Positions 49,299-57,983 of a DNA stretch of 64,000 bases are shown here, one piece after another. The notes beneath the pieces were generated by a model. The model saw nothing but the letters and a program-made list of their open reading frames with translations, searched no databases and was not told where the DNA came from. The position numbers and the translations under genes were made by a program. The stretch covers positions 10,573-74,572 of the forward strand of contig MFAE01000014.1 in assembly GCA_001774495.1 (NCBI GenBank), written 5' to 3'. Source of the DNA: Candidatus Campbellbacteria bacterium RIFOXYC2_FULL_35_25. GTDB lineage: Bacteria > Patescibacteriota > Minisyncoccia > Phycocordibacterales > UBA12079. How positions within the stretch are numbered: position 1 is the first letter of the stretch; every line of letters starts with the position of its first letter.

Positions 49299-49940
49299 AT
49301 GAAAAAAATACCATTTTATTCTAATTTAAAAGATAATAATCATTGCATCCAAGCTTGTTTGAAGATGGTTATTAAGTATTACTTTCCAGCAAAAAATTAC
49401 TCTTTTAAAGAGTTAGACAAAATGTCAAAACATAAAAAAGGAATGTGGACTTGGCAGGGAGCTTCTTTGCTCGCTCTCGCAGATATGGGTCTTGAAGTTG
49501 TAAATATTGAAAATATAGATTACAAAAAATTTGCTGAGCAGGGGGAAATGTATTTACAAAATATTTGGAGTGAAGAGGTTTTTGCAACACAAGATAAATA
49601 TTCAGATTTAAAGCAAGAAAAGAAAATTGCACAAAAAATGGTTGAGAGTAAAAAAATGAAATTGGCAAATAGGGATGCAAAATTTTCTGATGTTGAGGGT
49701 TATTTTGCCAAGGATTATTTGGTTTTAGTTTCTGTGAATCCTTGTGTTTTTGAAAATAAAAAGTGTTATTGGAGTCACATTGTTTTAATTACCGATATAA
49801 ATGACCGCTGGGTCACATTTCATGATGTCGGTTTACCTCCTGTCGAAAATAGAAAAATCAGTAGAAAAATTTTTGAAAAAGCGATGACTAAACCTTGGAA
49901 AGAGGACACTAATGTCATTGCTTTAAAATATGAAAAATAA
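49299..49940 (+). CDS. Papain-fold (C39-like) cysteine peptidase
   Basis: PFYSN...HCIQACLKM...SHIVLI...FHD; the track's start at 49185 runs through the peptide and terminator, so 49299 is preferred. Confidence 0.78.
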   Translation: MKKIPFYSNLKDNNHCIQACLKMVIKYYFPAKNYSFKELDKMSKHKKGMWTWQGASLLALADMGLEVVNIENIDYKKFAEQGEMYLQNIWSEEVFATQDKYSDLKQEKKIAQKMVESKKMKLANRDAKFSDVEGYFAKDYLVLVSVNPCVFENKKCYWSHIVLITDINDRWVTFHDVGLPPVENRKISRKIFEKAMTKPWKEDTNVIALKYEK

Positions 49941-50110
49941 AAACTGTTGTTGGTTTAGATTTTTTTTATTTTAATTATATTTAAAAAATGTTTAGCTAGG
50001 GTGGGTGATTATGCAAAACCGTTGACATACAGGTCTGTTCTGTTACCATTAAGTCGATAGTTCTTGGGCAGTTTTCTTTAATCTCTTGTGAAGAAAAGGA
50101 GGTGGTAATA
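49939..50110 (+). promoter_or_regulatory. Reusable promoter/5'UTR/RBS module, copy C
   Basis: aaaaccgttgacatacaggtctgttctgttaccattaagtcgatagttctt identical to copy A. Confidence 0.88.
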
Positions 50111-50302
50111 GTGGGTTGGTTTACTGGAAACAGTGACGATGGATCAAAGGTGAAGGTTACGGATTCTGGGGATACTCACAAGACGGAAAAGATATCTTCC
50201 TCTGACCGTCCTCATTCTCATGACATCGTGAAGATTGATAAGCCCTCAGGATCTGTGAAGGAAATAAGTATTGGGCCTAATGCTTCACGAAGAGGCAAGT
50301 AA
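50111..50302 (+). CDS. Small Ser/Asp/Lys-rich protein (63 aa, MGWFTGNSDDGSKVK...RRGK)
   Basis: GTG after AAGGAGGTGG; terminator 50317-50343. Confidence 0.7.
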   Translation: MGWFTGNSDDGSKVKVTDSGDTHKTEKISSSDRPHSHDIVKIDKPSGSVKEISIGPNASRRGK

Positions 50303-50410
50303 GCTTTTTATGTGGCAAGACACAGCCCTCACGGCTGTGTTTCATTTTATATTTATTCTATAATATAAAATGTAAGAAATTTAATTTTTTAGTAATATTT
50401 ATATAAATAA

Positions 50411-51637
50411 ATGAAAGCCCCATTCCAAAAAAAAGACAATGACTTATATGTCGTTAATTTCCCTCAAAAAACCAAGGATATTTTTTTTGATATTTATCTG
50501 AGAACTGGTTATTCTGAAGAATCAAATAATGAGTTTGGTATTGGCCATTTGCTAGAACATTATTTGGTAGAATCTCTAACTGATAATATGAAATTTGTTA
50601 ATGGTTCTACTGGACAAGATTTTACCAATTATTATTTACAGTCAGATTCTAAAAGAATAGTAAAAGATGTTAAAATTTTTTTGAATACTATTTTAAATTC
50701 AAATTTTAGCGACGAGAAATTATTTAAAAGAGAAAAAGAAGTAATTGAAAATGAAATTCGCAACAAAAAAAATATTAAAGAAGAATCTCTTAATTTTATT
50801 TTAAAAAAATTTTTTGGTAGTAATTTCCCCTACGCTAGAGAAAAAGTAAATCAAATTTCAAATATTAAAAAATTCAAATTTGGCGATATTAAGAAACACC
50901 ATAATAAGATTTTTTGTAGCGGAAATATTTTTTTTGTTCTTTCTGGTTTTAATATTGATGGGAAAATGGAAAATAATATTTTAAATATTATTAAAGAACA
51001 TAAACTTGCTAAAATTAAAAAAAATAAAAGAATAGAGTATTCTTTTTCGGGGGAAAAGTTTGTTAAAAACTCAAAATATTACTGGAATGACGAATTGATA
51101 GTTAATGTTTCTTTTGATTTTTCGAAGAAAATTAGAAAAAATACAAAAAACATAAAAGCTATAAACATGCTTAGAAAATATTTTGAAGATTTAGATTTTT
51201 ATTGTGCAAAAAATATGAGAGATTTGGGGATCTACTCTAGTTCTTTCGAATGGATGATTTGGGATAACGCGGGAATAGTTATTTTGTCTTCTATGTTAAA
51301 TGGAGGGAAGGCGAATATTATTTTGGGAGAGTTTTTAAAATTTTTAGAAAAAGTTAAAAAAGATGGAATTTCAAATGGCGATTTAGTCAAATTGAGGAGA
51401 AAAGAAAAAGAGGGGCTTACCAAAGCCTTCGGGAATAATGCAAGAAGATTAAGTTGGGTTGTAAATGATTTGCTCTCCTATGGCGATGTGACTTTATTAA
51501 AAGATGATATTAAAGAATTAAAGAGTATTGATTCCAATTATATAAAAAAAATTGCTAAAAAACTTTTTGATTTTGATAAGATGAATATAACTATCTTAGG
51601 AAAGGATGCTGGAAAGACTAAAATTAAACTGGACTAA
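50411..51637 (+). CDS. M16-family peptidase (divergent)
   Basis: GIGHLLEHY, NGST, EKEVIENE. Confidence 0.82.
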   Translation: MKAPFQKKDNDLYVVNFPQKTKDIFFDIYLRTGYSEESNNEFGIGHLLEHYLVESLTDNMKFVNGSTGQDFTNYYLQSDSKRIVKDVKIFLNTILNSNFSDEKLFKREKEVIENEIRNKKNIKEESLNFILKKFFGSNFPYAREKVNQISNIKKFKFGDIKKHHNKIFCSGNIFFVLSGFNIDGKMENNILNIIKEHKLAKIKKNKRIEYSFSGEKFVKNSKYYWNDELIVNVSFDFSKKIRKNTKNIKAINMLRKYFEDLDFYCAKNMRDLGIYSSSFEWMIWDNAGIVILSSMLNGGKANIILGEFLKFLEKVKKDGISNGDLVKLRRKEKEGLTKAFGNNARRLSWVVNDLLSYGDVTLLKDDIKELKSIDSNYIKKIAKKLFDFDKMNITILGKDAGKTKIKLD

Positions 51638-51639
51638 AT

Positions 51640-51797
51640 AATTTTAATTATATTTTTAAAAATGCTTGGTTGGAGTGGGGTATTAAAGAGAAAACCGTTG
51701 ACACAAGTAGTCGTTTTGTTATTATTAATGGGATAGTACTTTGTTTTTCGGTTCTAATTTTACAATTGGATATTTCCAAAAAAGGAGGTGGTGATCT
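51640..51797 (+). promoter_or_regulatory. Reusable promoter/5'UTR/RBS module, copy D
   Basis: attaaagagaaaaccgttgaca shared with copy A; TGnTATTAT; AAGGAGGTGG. Confidence 0.8.
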
Positions 51798-51959
51798 GTG
51801 AATATCCCCGAAATAATGGTAACGGGTATTAACCCAGGTAAAAAACCCACTGGCTTTTATCTTGATGTTTCGCAAGGTTATAATGAATGTGAAAATGATA
51901 ATTGCGGTGGCGGTTTTGGGGATTGCTCTGATTGTGGAGCTGATCCAGATCCAAACTAA
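51798..51959 (+). CDS. Putative Cys/Asp-rich RiPP precursor (53 aa, MNIPEIMVTGINPGKKPTGFYLDVSQGYNECENDNCGGGFGDCSDCGADPDPN), not in ORF track
   Basis: GTG after a strong SD; 4 Cys in the C-terminal half; terminator 51976-52017; radical SAM gene 0.9 kb downstream. Confidence 0.72.
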   Translation: MNIPEIMVTGINPGKKPTGFYLDVSQGYNECENDNCGGGFGDCSDCGADPDPN

Positions 51960-52072
51960 TTATCAAATTGTTTTTAAGCACCTTATCCCTGATACAATTG
52001 GGGATGAGGTGTTTTTTGTGGTAATATACTTAATAATATAATGTCTAAAGTTAATAATTTTTAAATAAAAAT

Positions 52073-52696
52073 ATGAAATTTAATATATATTATTCCATTG
52101 ATTTTGATGTTGATCGGGTCTTAGAAACTATAAATAAATTTGAATGGTTTAAATCCAATAATTATAGTGTAATTTTACCTAAATACCTTGATTTATCTGA
52201 TATAAAAAAAATAACAAAAGAGGATGTCAAAAAAGTAATACTAAAAGAATATAACGAGCAAGATTATTTAAAACAAAAAGAGTATTTAGAAAATAATTTA
52301 GAAAAGTTGATATTAAATGAAAATATTGAAGAAAAAATTAAAAGCACAACCCTTGTTTTATCAAAAGACTATAATATCTATTTTACAAAATATGGTGTTG
52401 GTGGGAGTTACCATTTGCCAAATAAAATAGTAATAAACATAAATCGTTGTTTCGAATTTGGTTTACTTAGGACGATAATTCATGAAATTATTCATCTCTC
52501 AATCCAGCTTTTTGTTGAAAAATATAATATTAATCATTGGACAAAAGAAAGATTGGTTGATTTGTTATTTGATAAATTTGCTCCCAAAATAAATAAAATT
52601 CAAACGATTTCTATTGATACAAATTTAATTGATGAAAGTTTTGAAAAAAATTATCCAAATGTAGAAAAAATAATAAGTGAGATAAGAGAAAAATAG
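52073..52696 (+). CDS. HEXXH (zincin-like) protein
   Basis: YGVGGSY...IIHEIIHL...HWTKERLVD. Confidence 0.7.
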   Translation: MKFNIYYSIDFDVDRVLETINKFEWFKSNNYSVILPKYLDLSDIKKITKEDVKKVILKEYNEQDYLKQKEYLENNLEKLILNENIEEKIKSTTLVLSKDYNIYFTKYGVGGSYHLPNKIVININRCFEFGLLRTIIHEIIHLSIQLFVEKYNINHWTKERLVDLLFDKFAPKINKIQTISIDTNLIDESFEKNYPNVEKIISEIREK

Positions 52697-52861
52697 TATT
52701 GTTCGGTGAAATTTATTTTTTTTAACTCTTTCCTTGACTCTTATTAGTGTTTTTTGATATCCTTTTCTAGGAGGTATGGTGATGTTTATATTTTAGTTCT
52801 TTAAAATAAAACTCATTAATTAAGCAATATACAAAGATTTACAGACAAAAGGAGATAAGCA

Positions 52862-53908
52862 ATGACTGCTATAAGAAAAGTAGATCAAAACAATGAAATT
52901 ATTCCCCGCTCCGCTTGGATAACAGTTAATCGTGCTTGCAATTTTCGTTGTAGCGGATGCTATGCTAAAAATACAGGGTATGGTTTAAAGCAAAGCATGA
53001 GTTTTGAACTTTCAAAAAAGATCGCAAACCTTGTTTCATCGTTAGGGATTTCAAGAATTACAATAATTGGAGGAGAACCTACTTTATGGAATAATTTATC
53101 TAATTTCAATAAATTTTGTATAGATAAAGGTTTGCAAACTAGAATTGTTACAAATGCAATGAGATTTGGAGATGATAATTTTTGGTTAGATTATACAAAA
53201 AGCCCAAATACAAGAGCCGGAGTATCTATAAAAGCTTTTGATAAGAAAAGCTTAAAGGATATTACGGGAATTGATTCATTTGAATTTGTTAAAAAAGGTT
53301 TGCAGAGAGCTATTTCACATTTTAAATGTGGGGTTAGCACTGTTTATTCTACAACTTCGGCTAGTCATATACTTAATATTACTAAATTCGCTATGGATTG
53401 TGGGGCAAAAAGTATAAGTATAAGCCCTTGTACGCCAAGATTTTGTAATGGAAAAGTAGACGGCGCTTATGTTGTAGAGCCAGTAGCAATGACAAAACAT
53501 CTTATTAAAATCTATCCAAAACTTGTTGAGATCACTAATGGTAATATTGTATTTTTAATGAAATTACCTCTGTGTTTGTGGCCGGATGATTTTGTTAAAA
53601 ATCTAATAGAGGAAAATCAAATTAACACTATTTGCCAATTACAACATAGGAGTGGCATTATTTTTGATGTTGATGGAAAACTTATGTTATGTAATAGTCT
53701 TTTCGATTACCCTGTTGGTAAATATGGGGTTGATTTTTTTAACAAAAAATCGTTAATTGCTTTATTAAACAACCGGAAGACTCTTGATGTTTATGATAGG
53801 TTAACATCTTATCCATCAAAAAAATGTATGAATTGTAATCGTTACGATGTTTGTGCCGGTGGATGTCCTTTATTTTGGGCTCTTTTTGACCCAGAAAGTT
53901 TAATTTAA
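52862..53908 (+). CDS. Radical SAM/SPASM protein
   Basis: CNFRCSGC, GGEPTL, VTNA, LPLC, C...GKLMLC, CMNC...CAGGC. Confidence 0.9.
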   Translation: MTAIRKVDQNNEIIPRSAWITVNRACNFRCSGCYAKNTGYGLKQSMSFELSKKIANLVSSLGISRITIIGGEPTLWNNLSNFNKFCIDKGLQTRIVTNAMRFGDDNFWLDYTKSPNTRAGVSIKAFDKKSLKDITGIDSFEFVKKGLQRAISHFKCGVSTVYSTTSASHILNITKFAMDCGAKSISISPCTPRFCNGKVDGAYVVEPVAMTKHLIKIYPKLVEITNGNIVFLMKLPLCLWPDDFVKNLIEENQINTICQLQHRSGIIFDVDGKLMLCNSLFDYPVGKYGVDFFNKKSLIALLNNRKTLDVYDRLTSYPSKKCMNCNRYDVCAGGCPLFWALFDPESLI

Positions 53909-54011
53909 TTTTTTTAACACGAAAAAATTACTGATCAAAAATAAAGAAGGGTGGCTTTTGCTACCCTTCTTATTTTTTATACATTTTTATGTATAATATA
54001 CTCACAAAAAC

Positions 54012-56288
54012 ATGTCAGATAAAAATATTTTTAGAATAGGGAAGGGGCTTGTTGGGCTTTGGATAATCATAACCGTTGTTTTTTCTTTTTTTGTGATGAT
54101 GGGTTTTTTTGTAAGTATTCCCCAAGCTTCGATGGATCCTAAACACGAGATATTTGTCGCTCAGGAAAGAATAGATAAAGAGTTTCCTAATTCCGTCCAT
54201 CCTATACCTTTTGTGATATTAGGGGAAAATGGGGAAGACGTGCTTACAAAAGATGTTTTAGCAGAACTATACGAGAAGAGTCAGTCTTTAAGAGTCTCTG
54301 AATTAGGAAAAGAATATTTAAATGATTTTGCTCTTCCATTTTTGGGGAACACAGGGACTTTGGGATTATTTTCTCTCGCAGATATCACAGAATCTTTTTT
54401 AAACAAACAAGGTTCTTCATTAAAAGAAGCCACAGACGGTGAGGTAAAAAATGCTATTAGCATTTTGTTGGAAGACCCTCAGTACGGGAGTTTTCTTCAA
54501 GCTCAATTATCGAGTGAGGCTGAGTTTAAAAACGGAGAATGGCTTTCTCCCACTCTCGCTTTTTTTGTTAGTGCTAATAATGAGAAATTGGGTGGAGGGG
54601 TTTTTAGACGGACAGTTGGTGGTGACGAGGTCATGTTAGAAAAAGAAGAGTTTAACAGAAAGATAGAAGCTTCTCTCCAAGGAGAAAATTATAAACTTTT
54701 AGGGATCGGGATTGATCTCAATATTGAATCTGAAGAAGAGGGATATTCTCCTTCAATTTTAATTTTAATTTCTACGCTTTTGTTTACCTTGGCTATTTTT
54801 ACAGGCGTTCTATTTTCATCATTTCGTCTATTTTTACTCACTATGTTTGGTTTGCTCAGTGTTTTCATTTGGGTGAGAGGTTTTCCTCTTGCTACCTTTG
54901 GTTTGGTGAAGCCGTCTCTGACTACTGATGTAATTCTTCCAATCGCATTTATGTCGTTTGGTGTTGATTTTTTAATTCATGTCGTTCACCAGTACAAAGA
55001 AAAGTTAAAAACTTCTAGCCAGGGTTTTGAAAAATCTTTTATAGAGTCGTTTAGAAAAGTAAATCTAGCCCTTTTCTTGGCGATGTTTACTACCGCGATA
55101 GCTTTTGCTGCTAATTATGTTTCTAGTGTTGAGGCGGTTAAGGCTTTTGCGATAACGGGTTTCTTTGCTTCATTTGCTTCTTATTTCATTATGGGAATGA
55201 TTATTCCTTTTTTGTTTGCACTTTGGGAAAAAGATAAAACAAGCTCTAAAAGCTATCAACTAAAAACTAAAAACTATTTTAATATGGGAGCTTTAATGAA
55301 CTCTGTAATAAAAAATAAAAGCTTTGTCGTTATTTTATTATTTATAGCAACAGTTTTCTTTGGTTCAAATGTGTTCTTGGTAGAAAAAAGTCTTGATCCT
55401 ATAGATTTCATAAATTCAGAATCTAATTTTGTCGTCAGCTTAGACCAGCGTGATATTCATTATGGTGATACTCGGGGGGAAGAGGCTTCAATTTATATTA
55501 AAGGAAATTTCACTGATGCCAAGGTTCAAAGAGCGTTAGAAGATATTTTGGTTTTATTAAACAATAATTCTTATTTAGCTCATACTAAAGAAGGACAGTT
55601 GGTTTTGCCTTATGGTCTTCCAGAGGTCAACAAAATTGATGAGGAAACCTATTCTGAGAGAATTATTTTTGAAGTTATAGGAACAAGAGAGCAAAAGACA
55701 GTGAAGGAAGCTTTTGCAAGTTTAGAGTCAGACTTAAAAGTCTTTGACGGGATTGCTTCTTACGAGATAGTCGGGTCTCCATTTACAAGAGACGCCAGCT
55801 TAGAGGCTGTTACTGATTCATTGATAAGTACAATTATTACAGCATTGTTAATAATCTTTCTCGTTCTTTTGATTGTATTTCGCTCTTTCTTCTACGCCAT
55901 TATTACTCTTATTCCTATGCTTTTGGTTGTTGTTTGGATTTATGGATTAATGGGAATTTTTAATCTTTCACTCAATTTTATTACAGCCACCGTCGCAGCG
56001 GTTTCTTTGGGAGTGGGGATTGATTATTCAGTTCACCTCGTTCAGAGATTCAGACAAGAATACAAAAAAGAGATTTCTTTTGAAGAGACCCTAATGAGAG
56101 TTGGAAAGACAACAGGGTTTGCTCTTTTTGTTTCCGCTTTATCTAGTACTATTGGCTTTATGTTTCTTGCTCAAGCTCAAATGCCACTTTTTGCAACTTA
56201 TGGATTATTAGCAACTGCGATGATAATTTTTTCTTTCTTTGCTACTTTTTTTGTTCTCCCTCTTCTCCTCGCTTTAAAAAAGAAATAA
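54012..56288 (+). CDS. MMPL/RND-family transporter
   Basis: Two TM bundles with FGVDFLIH and GVGIDYSVHL; extracellular loops. Confidence 0.85.
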   Translation: MSDKNIFRIGKGLVGLWIIITVVFSFFVMMGFFVSIPQASMDPKHEIFVAQERIDKEFPNSVHPIPFVILGENGEDVLTKDVLAELYEKSQSLRVSELGKEYLNDFALPFLGNTGTLGLFSLADITESFLNKQGSSLKEATDGEVKNAISILLEDPQYGSFLQAQLSSEAEFKNGEWLSPTLAFFVSANNEKLGGGVFRRTVGGDEVMLEKEEFNRKIEASLQGENYKLLGIGIDLNIESEEEGYSPSILILISTLLFTLAIFTGVLFSSFRLFLLTMFGLLSVFIWVRGFPLATFGLVKPSLTTDVILPIAFMSFGVDFLIHVVHQYKEKLKTSSQGFEKSFIESFRKVNLALFLAMFTTAIAFAANYVSSVEAVKAFAITGFFASFASYFIMGMIIPFLFALWEKDKTSSKSYQLKTKNYFNMGALMNSVIKNKSFVVILLFIATVFFGSNVFLVEKSLDPIDFINSESNFVVSLDQRDIHYGDTRGEEASIYIKGNFTDAKVQRALEDILVLLNNNSYLAHTKEGQLVLPYGLPEVNKIDEETYSERIIFEVIGTREQKTVKEAFASLESDLKVFDGIASYEIVGSPFTRDASLEAVTDSLISTIITALLIIFLVLLIVFRSFFYAIITLIPMLLVVVWIYGLMGIFNLSLNFITATVAAVSLGVGIDYSVHLVQRFRQEYKKEISFEETLMRVGKTTGFALFVSALSSTIGFMFLAQAQMPLFATYGLLATAMIIFSFFATFFVLPLLLALKKK

Positions 56289-56401
56289 TTTAAAAATAAA
56301 AACCCAAAAATCTATGGAGTAGTGGATTAAATTAAAAAAGTTCCCCATATGCATACTACATACAATAGAGAACTTTACTCTTGTCTGCTTCTTAGGGGCA
56401 T

Positions 56402-56653
56402 TCAATGCCCAGCAGTACATTTCAGCGGGCAATTATTACTCTTAGGGAAGATGCTCCCACATTTGATGCACTGCAACTTGTTTCCTGGACTTAGCAGATT
56501 CCTCCCGTCGGTTCTTCCTTTTTTGCATACTGGGCAAAAAGCTTGTTCTGCTTTTATTCCAGAAAAAGTTAGACGACAATGAGGACAAAAAATCCTCTCT
56601 AAACTACTAGGCCATTCGCCGATTATTCTTATTGTTGTTCCTGTCACAACCAT
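56402..56653 (-). CDS. Small multi-zinc-ribbon protein
   Basis: CPHC, CPVC, CIKC, CPLKC; AAGGAGG SD; TTGACA promoter on the minus strand. Confidence 0.7.
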   Translation of the reverse strand: MVVTGTTIRIIGEWPSSLERIFCPHCRLTFSGIKAEQAFCPVCKKGRTDGRNLLSPGNKLQCIKCGSIFPKSNNCPLKCTAGH

Positions 56654-56810
56654 TTGCTACCTCCTTTTTCTAGGGCGCATAGTGATTAATAAGAAGATAA
56701 AGCATCAGCATTTCTTTTTACATATTATGTAAAAAACACCACACTGTCAATTCTTTTTTGATTCTTTTTGAAATTGACTTCTTTTGAACATTATGTGAAA
56801 ATACAAGTAT

Positions 56811-56916
56811 ATGAGAAGCAAAATAAATTCATCTTGGTGGTCTATTTTTTAAGGATTGTTAAGTCTGAAGTTTTTTATTTTGTTTTTTGAAATCTCTGAC
56901 TTAACAGGGGTTTTTT
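56811..56916 (+). promoter_or_regulatory. Trp attenuator: leader peptide MRSKINSSWWSIF (56811-56852) with antiterminator and terminator
   Basis: Tandem TGG TGG; tgttaagtc (56857) pairs with gacttaaca (56898), which overlaps terminator aatctctg/caggggtt + U tract. Confidence 0.75.
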
Positions 56917-56923
56917 AATTATT

Positions 56924-57886
56924 ATGAAGATACCAAATAACATATATCATATAAAAGGAAATAACGGCGGGCCTAATGTTATGGTCTTGGGGGGGACTCA
57001 TGGAGATGAGGTTGTTGGTGTTGAGGTGGTTAGAAAACTTCTTGATTTTTTTGGGGTTAAAGGAGAGTCTGGAAAAACTTACGAAAATGAAATTATTTCT
57101 GGAAATTTGTATCTTGGTTTTGGTAATCCAGAGGCCATCAAGAAGGGGACTCGGGGGGCTGGTGTCGGTCCTGACCTAAATAGGTCTTTTCAAATTGATG
57201 AATTGAATACTCCTGCCTCTGAAGACGATAGGTATGATTTAGTAAGAGCCAGAGAACTTTTCCCACTTCTTGAAAATATGGATTATCTTTTTGATTTGCA
57301 TAGCACTTATACCCCGTCAGAACCTTTTATCTGTATGGGTAATTATAATTCTGAGAATCAAAATTTATATAATGTTGTTCCTTCAAAATATATTTTGGCT
57401 GACCCCGATAATGTTTTACCAAAAGATTTTAATAAAAAAGAATTGGGTACTACTGATTATGTTGTGAATACCAGCGGGGGAAGTGATTGGAGTGTTAAAA
57501 AATATGGAAAAAGAAAAGGGGTTGCTTTTGCATATGAGTCTGGCTCAAAGGAAGATTTGGGTAAAAGCGATAAGGTTTTTGAGACAGTGTTATTATTGCT
57601 GGGAGAAATTTCTTTGTTAAATAATAAAAGAGATTTGGCTGAAAATAATAAGCAGGAAGTGTACAAACTTTCTAAAATAATAAAAGCAAATAATACAGGC
57701 AAGTTTTCTTTTTATGATGAATTTAAAGATGGTTGGGTAGCTGTTAAGAAGGGTGATGCTATAGGTTTTTATTCTGAAAGTAATCAAAAAGAGATAGCCC
57801 CTTGTGAAGGTAGATTATTATTTCAAAAAGAAAAAGATGGCTTTGATAAAGGGGAGTCTCTCTGTTATTTAGCTACTTTGTTGTAA
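56924..57886 (+). CDS. Succinylglutamate desuccinylase/aspartoacylase family (M14-like) hydrolase
   Basis: GGTHGDE, GNPEA, DLNRSF, DLHS, YESG. Confidence 0.88.
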   Translation: MKIPNNIYHIKGNNGGPNVMVLGGTHGDEVVGVEVVRKLLDFFGVKGESGKTYENEIISGNLYLGFGNPEAIKKGTRGAGVGPDLNRSFQIDELNTPASEDDRYDLVRARELFPLLENMDYLFDLHSTYTPSEPFICMGNYNSENQNLYNVVPSKYILADPDNVLPKDFNKKELGTTDYVVNTSGGSDWSVKKYGKRKGVAFAYESGSKEDLGKSDKVFETVLLLLGEISLLNNKRDLAENNKQEVYKLSKIIKANNTGKFSFYDEFKDGWVAVKKGDAIGFYSESNQKEIAPCEGRLLFQKEKDGFDKGESLCYLATLL

Positions 57887-57983
57887 TGTTTTTATCCTCT
57901 TGACTCATTTTTTTTAAAAAAGTACTATTAAGGAAACTGAGTCCTTTTTTAAATTGATGGTAAAAACAAAGGAGGTTCGAATC

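Noticed and set aside
40806-52017. Classical integron
   Set aside because: No IntI gene, no attC-type boxes recognised, and the cassettes carry their own promoters
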